Made by a program: the position numbers and the translations under genes. A DNA stretch of 64,000 bases, taken from positions 590,328 through 654,327 of the forward strand of contig JAWQFM010000026.1 of NCBI GenBank assembly GCA_033442325.1, in the 5' to 3' direction. Position 1 is the first letter of the stretch; every line of letters starts with the position of its first letter. Under the pieces are notes generated by a model, which searched no databases, was not told the origin of the DNA, and worked only from the letters and a program-made list of their open reading frames with translations. The DNA is from Salpingoeca rosetta (lineage: Eukaryota; Protista; Choanoflagellata). This document shows positions 25,299 through 40,521 of this stretch, piece by piece.

Positions 25299-25748
25299 TG
25301 TGTTTGTGTGTCTGTGTCTGTGTCTGTGTCTGTGTTTGTGTCTGTGTACATGTGTTTGTACACATGTGCGAGACACGTCAACAACCTTTGCATGCCTCCT
25401 TGCTTGCTGTTCAACATATGCTCTTTGTCCAACCACTCGCGCTCACCTGGTTTTGTGTGCGGTGTGCGTGCGTGTGTGTGTGTGTGTGTGCAGTCGTACG
25501 GTTCAGGTCAAGAAGGGCGATACTGTGGGCCAATTCCTACAGGTGAGCAAGCCTGTCATGATGACGACGATGTCAGTGCTGGCCGTGATGGTCGTGGTGA
25601 TGGTGATGCATGCGATGCCATTGTACATGTCGCCATCATGAACGAAGAAGCAACAGCCTTGTCGCACACATGTGTCCTGTGCCCAGTGTCGTACCTTTCC
25701 GCTGCTCACCGTGCACCACCTCATAATCTCACCACCACCCCCATCCTC

Positions 25749-25831
<83 letters not shown>

Positions 25832-26624
25832 CCACTGCGCCTGCGGCTGACAGGCGGCGCTCAAAGATTTGCGGCCGGACTTCAACGACCTCAAGTCGAC
25901 GACATCTGATCAGCTCATGTACATCAAGGAGGATACCATTGTCCCACAGCACTACACTTTCTATGACCTCATTGTCACGAAGGCGCGCGCTCGCACGGGA
26001 CCGCTGTTTGACGAGAAGGCAATCGTCGACGTGCAGTGAGTTGGCTTCGTCGCACACACATGTGTTGGCGGCTCTGAATATGTGTATGTGTTTGTTTGCG
26101 GCTTTGTTTGTTTGTGTGTCTGTGTGTCTGTGTGTCTGTGTTTGCGGCTTTGTGTGTGTGTCTGCGTGCTTGCGTGTACTTGCGTTTGTGTGTGTATGTG
26201 TCTGTGTGTGTTTGTGCAGCTCCCGTCTGCATCACGTCTCAACCTTCTGTCCACCTTCTCACCACTCACGTGCCTGTCGCCTCCAATTCACACATCGTTG
26301 TCGTCGTCGTCATCATCAGTGTGCGGAGCGATGCCACCATCGAGAAGGAAACACATATTGGCAAGGTACAACGCGTGCCCTCGTATTTGCGTGCATGCCT
26401 CCGCGTATGTGTTTGCGAGTTAGCTGCACATCTATTCTTTCGTTCACCTCCTCACCACCATCCTTTCCCCTTCCCGACTTGTTCCATCATCCCCGTCACC
26501 ACAATCACCCGCGCGTTAGGTGTGCACGCGCAACTGGTACGAGAAGCACAAACACATCTTCCCTGCCAGCAGCTGGGAGAACTACGACCCCATCGAGTAC
26601 GCAAAGTACCAGATTGAGGAGTGA
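23746..26624 (+). CDS. FAM50: FAM50/XAP5 family nuclear (spliceosome-associated) protein
   Basis: [19 protein letters not shown]|[90 protein letters not shown]. Confidence 0.95.
25748..25830. repeat. (CAA)n intronic microsatellite near a FAM50 acceptor
   Basis: Visible run of about 27 CAA units. Confidence 0.95.
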
Positions 26625-27125
26625 ACGAGAGTTGACATGTTGGTGGGTTTGGGATTGTGAGTGTGCCGTGGACCTAGCATTGATGGTTTGGTTTGGTGGG
26701 AAGCCGGGCTGGTTTTTGGTTGACGACAGTGACAGGCGGAGATGGTTTGTCGCTGGCATGCGGATGTGGTGTGGTGGTCAGTAGAGAGCTGGTTGGAGAT
26801 GGTATGTGTGCATCTGCTGGTGTGAGTGCTGCTTGAGTGATGCGCATGCTACTCTGCTGCTACCATGTCACATCACCCCACCACTGTTGTCATCCTCATC
26901 ATTGAACTGTAAGGGCTCTTGACGCAACAAAAGGGAAAGGGAGTGTGTAATTGTGGGGAGAAATGGTAGAAACCAACGCACACATGGAAACACGCATGCA
27001 CCTGCACACAGGCGTACGCATGCTGGCACAGACAGACAACAAGGGAGGAGAGAAGGGGATAAGGTGGGGAAAACCACATCACTGCATCAGCGTGCGTTGG
27101 TGGTCATCTTCTTGGTGATGATGGC

Positions 27126-27301
27126 TCACACGAGCGTGCGCATGATGCCAAAGTTGGGTGATCCCCAGCCGGAGGCAGGGTCCTGCATGTACACACACAC
27201 ACACGCACGCACGCACGCACACATCGCACATCGTATTGTGGTGGTGGTGATGAGGAACACGTGGGGTAATGCGTGAGGAGTCGTGCGGAACTGGATCGCA
27301 T

Positions 27302-27372
<71 letters not shown>

Positions 27373-27974
27373 CACACACACACACACACACACAAGCACA
27401 AGCACAAGCACACACACACACAGACACACAATACACACACGATGCACATGCATGCATGTACGAAGAACGTACCCATCCCTTGGTGGCCTTGAAGCCCGGG
27501 CAGAGGCCGGACGGGTTGGAGCCGCGCTGGATGTCGTTGAACGCATTCGGGTTCTCGGCGCCCCACTTGTACAGCAGCGGGTTGAGGAAGCCTGTGCAGG
27601 GAGGGAGGAGAGGGAGGGGGATGGAGATATGTTTAGGCGTGCGTATGCCACGCCCAATGCATCACGCACAAGGTCACACACACATACAACCACACACACA
27701 CACACATACAACCACACACACACACAACCACACTCGCACCGAGCGGGGGCCTGTTGCTGTTGAAGCGGATGTCGTTGAGGGCGGCGACGACGCCGGCGAA
27801 TGTCGGGGTGGAGCACGACGTGCCGCTCACAGGCATCGGCACCCCGCGGAACACAATCTCAAAGTCTGGTGGTGGTGGTGGTGGTGGCGGTCATGGTGAG
27901 GGGTTTTGGGTGGTGGTAAGGGCTGCGAGCACAGAGTGTCAAGGAGCACAAACGACGCCGATTTCATCATGTCG

Positions 27975-28046
<72 letters not shown>

Positions 28047-28465
28047 AACAAACAACACCTTAAACAAACACGTGTTGACTGATGTGAACTCACTTGTTGC
28101 AAAGGCGCTGACGTCTGGGTATGCGCGGCCAGAGGCGTTGAAGTAGGAGGAGGCCGGGGCAACGCCGCTGTTGAGGTACGCGTTCACGGCGCTCGTCTGG
28201 TACTGCGGCTGCCCGTATGTGTTGGAGAACCCACCACCACCGTCGCTCCAGCTGGTGGCGCCGTCCGACTCTGTGCCGCCAACAGACGTGGCGTAGGGGC
28301 TGCTCGTGGGCCTGCACAGCACACGCGGAGGGGACAGGAGGGGAGAGGAGAGGGTGAGTTAGGGAAAGAGCAGGGAAGGGGGAAGGGGGACGGAGTGTGG
28401 TTGGGTTCAGTCGGTTAGCGGGGCTGTGTGTGTGTGTATGGTGGGCACAAGCATGTCCAAATGAA

Positions 28466-28544
<79 letters not shown>

Positions 28545-30049
28545 AGTCTGGGCTGAAGACGCGGTTATTGCAGGACACACCAGAGTCACCGGCAGCAATC
28601 AGCACGCTGCGGCCTGCGAGGGGTGGTGAGCGCGGTAAAAGTGAGTGAGTGAGTGAGAGGGTGTGTGCATGCATGTGAATGTATGTGTATGTGTATGTGC
28701 CCTATGCCGGTACCAACTGTTCCGTTATTCTCCACACCACACACCACACCACACCACACGAGAGCAGCTCGCCAGAGAGCCGCCGCACCTGTAGCGCCAA
28801 ACTTCATAAACTCCGTGTTGACGCGCTGCTTGTAGTCGAGCGGGATGGAGGCCTCAACATCGCCGTAGCTCACCTGCCGACACCGACAACCCCGACGCAG
28901 CGGTTGTGATAGTGGCATGGTGAATGACAAGATGGCGGTCCACGAGCACGAGAAGAACGCGGACCACGAGCATGAGCACAACAAACAAACAAACCAAACA
29001 AACAAACAAACAAACAAACAAACAAACAAACAAACAAACAAACAAACAAACAAACAAACAAGACAAGACAAAACAATGCCCCTCCCCGTAGCATCCCCCT
29101 CCCCTTCACCACTCTCATCCACCACCACCACCACCAGCAGCAGCAGCGTACCGAGTGAACCCATGGCGAGGAGGTGTCGTTGAGCTGCTGCATGACCCAC
29201 ATGAGAAAGTCCTCCTGGCCATGGTTCACCTCGTGGCTGATGCTCACGAACCACGTGGGGATGTCACGGCCCGTGGCGCCAATGTACTGCACGTCCAGGC
29301 TCGCCTCCATGCCAGGCAGCGACTGCATGTTCAGGCCCTCGACCTTGGCAATGGGGCGGACGGGGAGGTTGAACTTCTTCTGGAACTGCTCGAGGTCCGA
29401 CGGCTTGAAGTACTGCTTGAGGAAGGAGGCAATCGCCTGCGAGGAGTTGCCGTTGGTCGCCTTGTAGCCGTGCATGTTGTATGCGCTGTCGATGCTCTGC
29501 GGGTTCACGCCAAGCAGCTTGCTGTCGCCGGCGCCAGCAGCCACCTTGGAGGGCTGTGGCCGGACGCGGGGCACGTGCGGGAAGGTGTTGTGGCCGATGA
29601 TGAAGTCGACGTGGCCGCTCAGCTCGGCGGGGATGCTGCCGGCGTGCTGCTCGGCGCGGACGATGCTGGCGTTGTTGCTGCGGTGGCGGAACACGAAGAA
29701 GGGGCTCTGGAAGACAGACTCTGCCTGGCCGACGGTGGTGTGGGCGATGAAGAAGCCCTTGTCCTGCGTCTGGGTGAAGGGCATGCCCGTGCGCTTGAGG
29801 AAGGCGGTGACGCGGGCCACGCTCTCCGTGTTGCCTCGCACCTTCTGCCAGAGCTCCGGCAGCGTCACGTACTTGCCGTAGGCGGGGGAGTCTGGGTTGG
29901 ACACGGCGTGGAAGGTGCGCTCCAGCCAGTCCACGTTGTCCTGCTTCACAGCAATCATCAGGCGAACATGCTCCCCGCGGTCTGCGCGGTCAACCTTGTC
30001 CCATTCTGATGATGATGATGATGATGATGAGGTTGATGAAGACGACGAC

Positions 30050-30122
<73 letters not shown>

Positions 30123-30465
30123 TGTGTGAATGAGTGAGTGTGTGTATGAGTGTGTGAATGAGTGTGTGTGTGTGTGTTAGTGAGTGAGTGCGTGAGTGAG
30201 TTCGTGTTACAGTGAGTGAGTCAATGAGTGTTTCGGTGAGTGAGTGAATGTTCAAGTGTGATTGTGCAAGTGTTTGACAGAGCCGATGATGGTAGATCAC
30301 AAAGAGCGGTGCGCACAGCTCCCCTTAAAAGCCCCACTCTCATATCCCTCTTCACACCCCCCCCCCAAACACACAGAGCAGAAGCTGCAACGCCTTACCA
30401 GTGCGGCCGGCAGTGGCCGAAGCGACAGCCAGTGCGGCGATCAGCAGCGCAACACGACACAGCAT
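27126..30465 (-). CDS. TPP1: Tripeptidyl-peptidase 1 / sedolisin (S53) preproenzyme
   Basis: Signal peptide MLCRVALLIAALAVASA; prodomain VSNPDSPAYGKYVT; EASLDVQY (catalytic E/D); AAGDSG (oxyanion D); GRAYPDVSA; VSGTSCSTPTFAG (catalytic Ser); GFLNPLLY; WDPASGWGSPNF (Ca site). Confidence 0.95.
30007..30122. repeat. (GAT)n/(ATC)n tract directly abutting the TPP1 exon-2 acceptor
   Basis: Minus strand reads ...tcatcatcatcAG|aatgggac. Confidence 0.95.
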
Positions 30466-30658
30466 CTTGACGTTCCCTCCGAACAACAGAATGAGGCACT
30501 GGAGGATGCACTTGTGGAAAAATGGTGGAAACCACAAATAGCTTTCGGTGTCTGCGGAAGCTGATGAGCTGTTTTGGACTCTCTTCCCCCCCTCTTTCCT
30601 CCTCTTCCTCTTGCTTGCCCTTTGCTTTTATCCCTGATCTCTTTGTGTCGAGTGTGGC

Positions 30659-33073
<2,415 letters not shown>

Positions 33074-33154
33074 CCGAATGTCGTTTAAATTATCCAATAA
33101 ATTTCCGGAATCCGGGCAGACGTAACTGACGCGACAAGCAAGAGGAAGAAGAAG

Positions 33155-33276
33155 ATGGCTGGTGGTGGTGGACACGTGTTGGTGTTGCACGGGAAGCGGC
33201 AGTGCGGTGAGCTGTTTGAGCAGCGCATAGCCCGCACCTGCAAGAGCATCCACCGCGACCTGGACCTGGAGTGAGC

Positions 33277-33336
<60 letters not shown>

Positions 33337-35151
33337 TGTGTGTGTGTCTGTGTGTGTGTCTGTGTGTGTGTGTCTGTGTGTGTGTGTCTGTGTGTGTGTG
33401 TGTGTTGCTGTGTGTTGCTGTGTCTGTTGCTGTGTCTGTTGCTGTGTGTTGCTGTGTGTGTGTCTGTGTGTCTGTGTGTCTGTGTGTGTCTCTGTGTTCT
33501 TGTGTCCTTGTGTATGCTTGTGTCTGTGCGTTGGTGCAGCCCGGGGTGACATGCACGTCGAACACACGCTGTGCTGCTGCTTTGAGGGCATTTGCAGACG
33601 TGCCACGCGCTGACGATTCGACTCGTGCATGTGTGCATGGGTCATTCCCTGATGCGCTCACCTCTCCCTCCCCCTCGCACGATTTGTAGGTTTCATTTTC
33701 CAGATGCCCCATTTGAGCTGCCCATTGAGGATGGCGATGACATTCCCATGCGATCATGGTGGAACGACTCCTCCACACAAGGTACGTCACACGGTGCATT
33801 GCTGCAAGTCAACCTGGTGTGCTGATCTGCACTGTCGCACACACACACACACACACGCAAACACACACACACGCAAACACACACACACGCAAACACACAC
33901 ACACACGCACACACACACACACACACACACACGCAAGCACACACACACACTTACGTACATACTTGCACACATTCACTCGCGAGGCTCACAACTACCCGAC
34001 CAACGCACATTCATACACTCACGCAATCACAACACACACACACACACACACACAATGTCACCCACAAACAACTACATGTGCAGCGTGGACGACAACGCTT
34101 CAGCAGCTGGACGAGTTCTTGCGGCAGCGTGGCGTGCCAGCTCTGAGCGGCATCTTCGGTTTCTCCCAGGGCGGAGCCCTTGCTGCGCTGCTGGCCTGCA
34201 ACCGCGAGCACATCAGCCAGCAGAGCGATGCATATCCAACACTGGCGGCCGCGCTTGCAAGCGTCAAGTTCATCGCCATTGCTGGCGCCCCTCACGATCA
34301 CCTGCCGACGACGCCTGCTTCGCCACACGGCATCCTCTCTCCTGACAAGTAAGTACGCGCAGCGTACACGACACCACTTGGGGCTGGGCAATGTGTGTGC
34401 CAAGGTGTGCCCTAATGGTAGTCACACAAACACAAGCACACACACGCACACACACAAAACACAAACACACACACATACACAACACACGCACGCACACGCG
34501 AGATTGTGCCTGTCACGCTTCCATTAACCCACGCCTCCACGTGCGCTGCGCTCTGCAGGCAGTGCAGTGTGCCGTCGCTGCACTTCATTGGCACAGCAGA
34601 TGTTGTCGTTGCCCCGCAGTCGAGCGAGAAGCTGGCACAAGCCTTCCACCACGCAACCGTTTACCGACACGATAAAGGTGCGGTGTGAACATGGCTGTCG
34701 TTTGTAGTGTGAACGCTTGGACTGCACGCGCAACTTCTCCTTGGAACAACACAAGCAGCGTAGACCAACAGTTCTCACGTACCCTCGCCCGTATCGCGTC
34801 AACTGTGGTGCATTTGCGGAACTGTTCTTGACACATGATGACACCACCAGCGCACGTATTCCCGTCACGATCGGAGGAGGTGGCGGCGCTGTCGGCGTTC
34901 GTTCGTGCGGCCTTGAGTGACAACGACGGTGATGTCGACAGTGGAGAAGTCATTGCTGATGGCGATGGCGATGGTGATAAGGCAGCTGAACCTCCACGTC
35001 CGTTCTCCCCAACGTCAGTGACCGCACGCATGCGTCACTGTCAACAGTTGCTCATGCATTGTCTAAGAGGTGCTTCAATCTTGCCAACACGTGCTCGTTC
35101 GTCGACGTGCACGCATCACGTGCCTACATGCACTCACGTTTTTGTGCGTGG

Positions 35152-35194
<43 letters not shown>

Positions 35195-37595
35195 GACAGG
35201 GAGGAGCAACAGGACGAGCTCGAGTCCCTCGAAGCCATCTACGACGTACGTGTCCGCACGTGTGTGTATGTGTGTGCGGTTGCGGATGGTTGTGTTTGAA
35301 TGTGTGCATTCGTTGAAGTACTTGCCGTCAGCGTGGCAGAATGGATAGCTGACATCATCTCGCTCACTCCCACGACACAAACGCAACGCAATGTGCTTCA
35401 CAACACGCAACACAACGCGGTGAACACGCACTCACTCACACACACACACACAATTTACACACATGTACGTGTGCAGACGGACTTCCAGCTGTTACAGCAG
35501 CGTCCACCCATGATCACCATCACCCTCCACCCCTCCATCAGCAACGACGTCGACGACGACGACGATGACGACGACACGTCTGCCAAGGACACGCGCGCGC
35601 ACCTGCAGCCAGCACTCACGGTTACGTTTGTGGAGGCGTATCCCGATGCTGCGCCCGTGATGCAATTGTCGCACGTCGGGCCCCTGGTTGGCGTCAAGGA
35701 CGGCAGTGACGTGGAACGACAGCTCGCTGCTGATGCCATTGCGCACCTCTCAACTGTCGCCAAAGACGCGTGCGTCTGCCTGTGTATTTGTGTTTGTTTG
35801 CTTGTTTGCTTGTGTGTGTATGTCTGTCTGTCTGTCTGTGCACCTGTCTGTGTCCGTGCGTGTGTGTGCGTGTGTGTGTGCGTACGTGTGTGTCGTTGCC
35901 TCTTCTCTCGCGTCATCTTTCTTCTCTCATCGATGCGCACTCAACAGCACACCTCTGCTCACCTCTGCCCATCCATGTCCCCGCAACCTCACGACGCACA
36001 CTCACACACACACTCACATTGTCACGCACGCACAGCCTGGGCATGTGCATGGTGATGACGCTGGTGGATGAGGCGCAGCAGTGGCTGGAGCAGCTGCACG
36101 CGGACGTGACCAGCGGTGCAAAGGACCTCACCGCCCTCACAGCTTGCCTGCAGGCAACGTCAATCAGCAGCAGCAGTAGCAGCACGACGAAGACAAAGCA
36201 GCAGCGAGGGGGCTCGGCACACTCATCTTCCGCTCCATCTTGGTCATCTGTGCACTCCAACGACGCCGTACAAAGCAGGCGCGCGGCGGTTGCGCGCATG
36301 ATGGACACTGGCGGCGATGAGGATGAGGATGAGGAGGAGCAGCGCAAGTGGTCGCTGTTCATACGACAGCTGCACCGCGAGGTTGCTGCTGCATACCCTG
36401 CAGGCCACGCCCCTGCATACAGTGTACCCGACACCACCAGCAGTAGTAGCAGCAGTACCAACGGTAGCAGTGGTGGTGGTGGTGGTGGTGGTGGTGCACA
36501 GCAACAGCAACAGCAACAGCATGGTGGGTCTGATGCAGGCGTGTGGAAGTACACGATTGGACTGGTGGGGAAACCGTCAGCCGGAAAATCCACATTCTTC
36601 AACGCGATTACAGACCCCAAGGTGATGGATGAAATGTGAGAAAGAGAGGGACAGGGGAGAGAGTAAGAGAGAGTGTGTGTGTGTATGTGAGCGAGAGAGA
36701 TAGAGAGAGACAGAGAGCTGCGAGGTTCGCCATGACTGTTATGGCAGTGTCGTTGCATGCGCTGGTGCACTATGCACACACATATGCACACATATGCACA
36801 CACGCACCCATGCAACAAATGCCACATTGAGTCCCTTGTAAACCGCGTACACAACTGATGCCGTTGCGTGTACCTCCTCCATCATTGTCGATGCCACTGA
36901 CTGACCACCGCAGGACCCCTCCAAAGCGGCGAAAGTTGCCGCATACTCGTTCACCACCATCGACCCAAACGTCGGCCAGGGATACTTTACGTACGACACT
37001 CTGTGTGTGCGTGTCTGTGTGCGTGCATGTGCTTGATTGTTGTGTTGCTCGACACCCTTTTGTTTATTGCCGTTTGAAGGCTTATGCCTCATTCACACAT
37101 ACGCGCCTCCACAACTGTTCTCATTCATCGCCCACATGCACACCTATGCGACGCACGTCATATCTCACAGCACGCCGTGCCCATCTGAGCAACTGCCTGG
37201 TGTGGAGTCGACACCTGCACACGGATTTGCCATTGGCAGGCGCAGAAAGGTACATCCGTGTGAAACTCCCGTGGCTTTCATTGCAATCCTGTGGTGCAAC
37301 CATTCTTCTGCAAGCAAGTGTGTTTGGCACACTCAGCAGGCCTGCACCGGGCCGTATCTGCACATGCTCGTGTGCTCACGCACGCATGCGCACACACACA
37401 TACAAGGTACCTGTGATCATCAAGGACGTAGCTGGGCTGGTCCCCGGCGCGTACAAGGGCCGAGGCAAAGGCAACGCCTTCCTGAACGACCTGTGCGATG
37501 CTGATGTGCTCATCCACGTCGTCGACGCCTCGGGCATGTCCGATGAGAACGGCGTTATCGATGCACAGTGCTCGCGGTGCGGCCACTGTCCTGCG

Positions 37596-37646
<51 letters not shown>

Positions 37647-39985
37647 TGTGTGTGGGTGTGTGTGTGTGTGTGTGTGGGTGTGTGTGTGGGTGTGTGTGTG
37701 TGTGGGTGGGTGTGTCCGTGACTGTGTGTGGGTGTGTCTGTCTGTCTGTTGTGCGTGTGTTTGTGTTCCTGTGCCTGTGTGTGTGTCTGTGTCTGTGTCT
37801 GTCCGTGACTCTGTGTTCCTGTGTGTTTGCACGTGTGGGCGTCTGTGTGTGTGTTGGCCCTGCCACCCTCAATTTGTGTACTTCGTGCCTCATCCACTCC
37901 CAAACCCAAACCGCCACTGCTTCATCCTCACTTGTTCTCGCCCAATTTGCTTGCCATCTCAACCTGACCGCAACTGCAACGGCTCCCCGCCCCGCCCTCT
38001 ATCCCAACATTAGCGATCCAGCTGATGATGTGCAGTGGGTGCAGGAAGAGATACATCGGTGGATCTTCAACAATGTCCGGGCCAAGTGGAACAAGTGCCT
38101 CCGGTACGACCGACAACGCGATGCGTTGTGTTGCACTTCTCGTCTCGGGTTTATCGCATGCATGCACCTTCTTGCACACATCCCAATTTGTCTCTCTCAT
38201 AAGCATCACGCAATCACTACGTGCGCTGTAGGGGCTTGGACCATTTTGTGAATATGTTCTCTGGCTATCAGTCTCGCCCAGGGATGGTGATTGACAGTCT
38301 GAAGCGGGCTGGACACAGTCTTCAGGTGTATTCGTGTGTGTCTATGTGTGTGTCTATGTGTCTGTCTGTCTGTCTGTCTGTCTGTGTCTGTGTCTGTGTC
38401 TGTGTGGCCGTGTGTCTGTGTTGTTTGTGATTGCACCCCATATTGCTGATGTTTCCGTTCTGGACGCTTTCTAATTTCGTTTCAAGTTCGATTTCAAAAT
38501 GCTTAATGTAACGAATTTCTCACGACGATTGTTTCGTGTCGATTTCATTCATCGGGGCCCACTTCATGACATGTCCTTGGCAAATTCACATCAGGACATC
38601 GAGCGGTCCATGCTCGCATGGGGCCCGCGGGATTTGCACCGCGTCGTGGCCCACTTCCTCCGCATCCGCTTCCCCATCCTCCTTGCCCTCAACAAGGTGG
38701 TGTACGTGCGTTGCTTTCGATGATAAGAGCCGAGTGTTGTGAGCCACGGGTGTGTGCACGCGTGTCAGTGTGGGCTCAGAATTTGCATTCACACGTTCGT
38801 GCGTTTGTAGGCGGACAAGACGCTTGACTATGTTGACGCGGTACGGGCGACGTTTCCCAATGATCTTGTTGTGCCCATGTGCGCCAAGCTGGAGTGGCAG
38901 CTCTGCACGCTCAGGCGAAAAGGTGAGGTGCCAAAGCATGTGTGTGTGTCTGCCTGTGCGTTTGCATATGTGTCTCTCTTTCTTTGTCTGCCTGTGTGTG
39001 TGCACGCGGTTGTACTACTCTCACCTTCCCCGTCCCCAGCGTCGGCCTGTGATGAAGTTCACAGCCGCCACACACGCATTGCAAGCTCATCCGCCACTGC
39101 GAATCATGATGATGATAACCATAGGCCTGGTGGACTATCAGACAGGAGGCAGCGGTGCAGTTGTGCTGAAAAAGGATCCGCCAACAACAAAGAAGGAAGA
39201 GGAGTTGATGTCAAACGTGCACAAAGCTGTTGACCTGCTCCACACCCTAGCGTCAAGCGAGCACCTTCAGGTGTCCACTCGTTGCATGCACGATTTGCAC
39301 CTCCTTCCGATCCCCATCACTCACTTGCATCGACGTCTTGTAATTTCTCGCTAATGTGATCGCTCAACAACACACACTCTCTCTCACTCACACACGCACA
39401 CACACACTCACACACACGCACACACTCACACACACACACACACACTCACACTCACTCACACTCACTCCCTCCCTCACTCCCTCACTCACTCACTCACTCA
39501 CTCACTCGCGCATGCACATGCACATGCTCCAGGGCTCTGGGGTGCTTGCTGTCATTGACACGGCCGTCCACCAGCTGCGCCCGCCGCTGCTTGTGTACCC
39601 TGTCACGTCGTTCGAGACGATGCAGAGCCCAGTGGTGGCGGCAGATGCTTCGCCTGCACCAGCAAGCAGCACAACAGCCTCTGCGAAAGGCAGCAATAGC
39701 ACCACCACGACAACCTCGACGAAATCGACAACATCGAGGGCCAGGGCAGCACCGGCCAACGTGCTGGCACACTGCCTTCTGCTTCGCCCTGCCACGACCG
39801 TTGGTGGCGTGTACGAGATACTGAAAGGGTCGCCACTGCACGCGCTTGCAGGTGACTTTGTGCGGGCCGAGTACTATGACATGGCGACTCGAGAGGGGAG
39901 ACAAGTGCGGCGGACACAGGTGGTCACGCCGGCTCGCCACATTCTTCGCATCATGACCACCAAGAAGCGAACCCATGCGTCATAG
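33155..39985 (+). CDS. Multidomain fusion: FSH1/OVCA2 serine hydrolase + RWD domain + Ygr210-type OBG-family GTPase with TGS-like C-terminus (~1000 aa, 17 exons)
   Basis: Hydrolase: [61 protein letters not shown]: [37 protein letters not shown]. GTPase: G1 [13 protein letters not shown]2 [10 protein letters not shown]3 [24 protein letters not shown]4 LALNK|AD. All 16 introns are GT-AG and phase-compatible; summed exons = 3003 nt. Confidence 0.88.
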
Positions 39986-40521
39986 CCAACGACCACGACA
40001 GTTGGACTTCAGGTGCATGTGATTGATTGGTTGTTTGCTTGCTTGTGTTTGTGTGCGTGTGTGGTTGCTTTTGTGTGCATGTGTTGTTTGTTTGTTTTGT
40101 TGGCTTTGTTCGCTCGCCCGCTGCAGTCGACCCCAGCTGTTGCTGTAGCACTTGTTTGCGTTGTTGTTCGCATGTCACAGTTGGGGCTTTTACTGTTGTT
40201 GTTTCATGGCACGTGACAATGCAAGTACTGCCGTCGCGAATGCGGCCAAACAGGCGCGGCAATCCAAGTTGGCACTGCTGTCGTCGCCATCAATAAAATA
40301 CGTGTACAAGGCGCAGGCGCTTGTCATCAATTATAACTGCGAGGCAGCAATCGAGAATATAGTAACAAACAAACAACCAAGGACAATCTGTCGAGACGGA
40401 CAGAGAGAATGACAGGACTTGGTGGGAGAGGGGGGGGGGGGTTGCTTAAACGGCGCCGAGGCGAAGGCAATCGCTGCTGCTGCTGGTGGTGCTGGTGCTG
40501 GTGCTGGTGCTGGTGCTGGTG

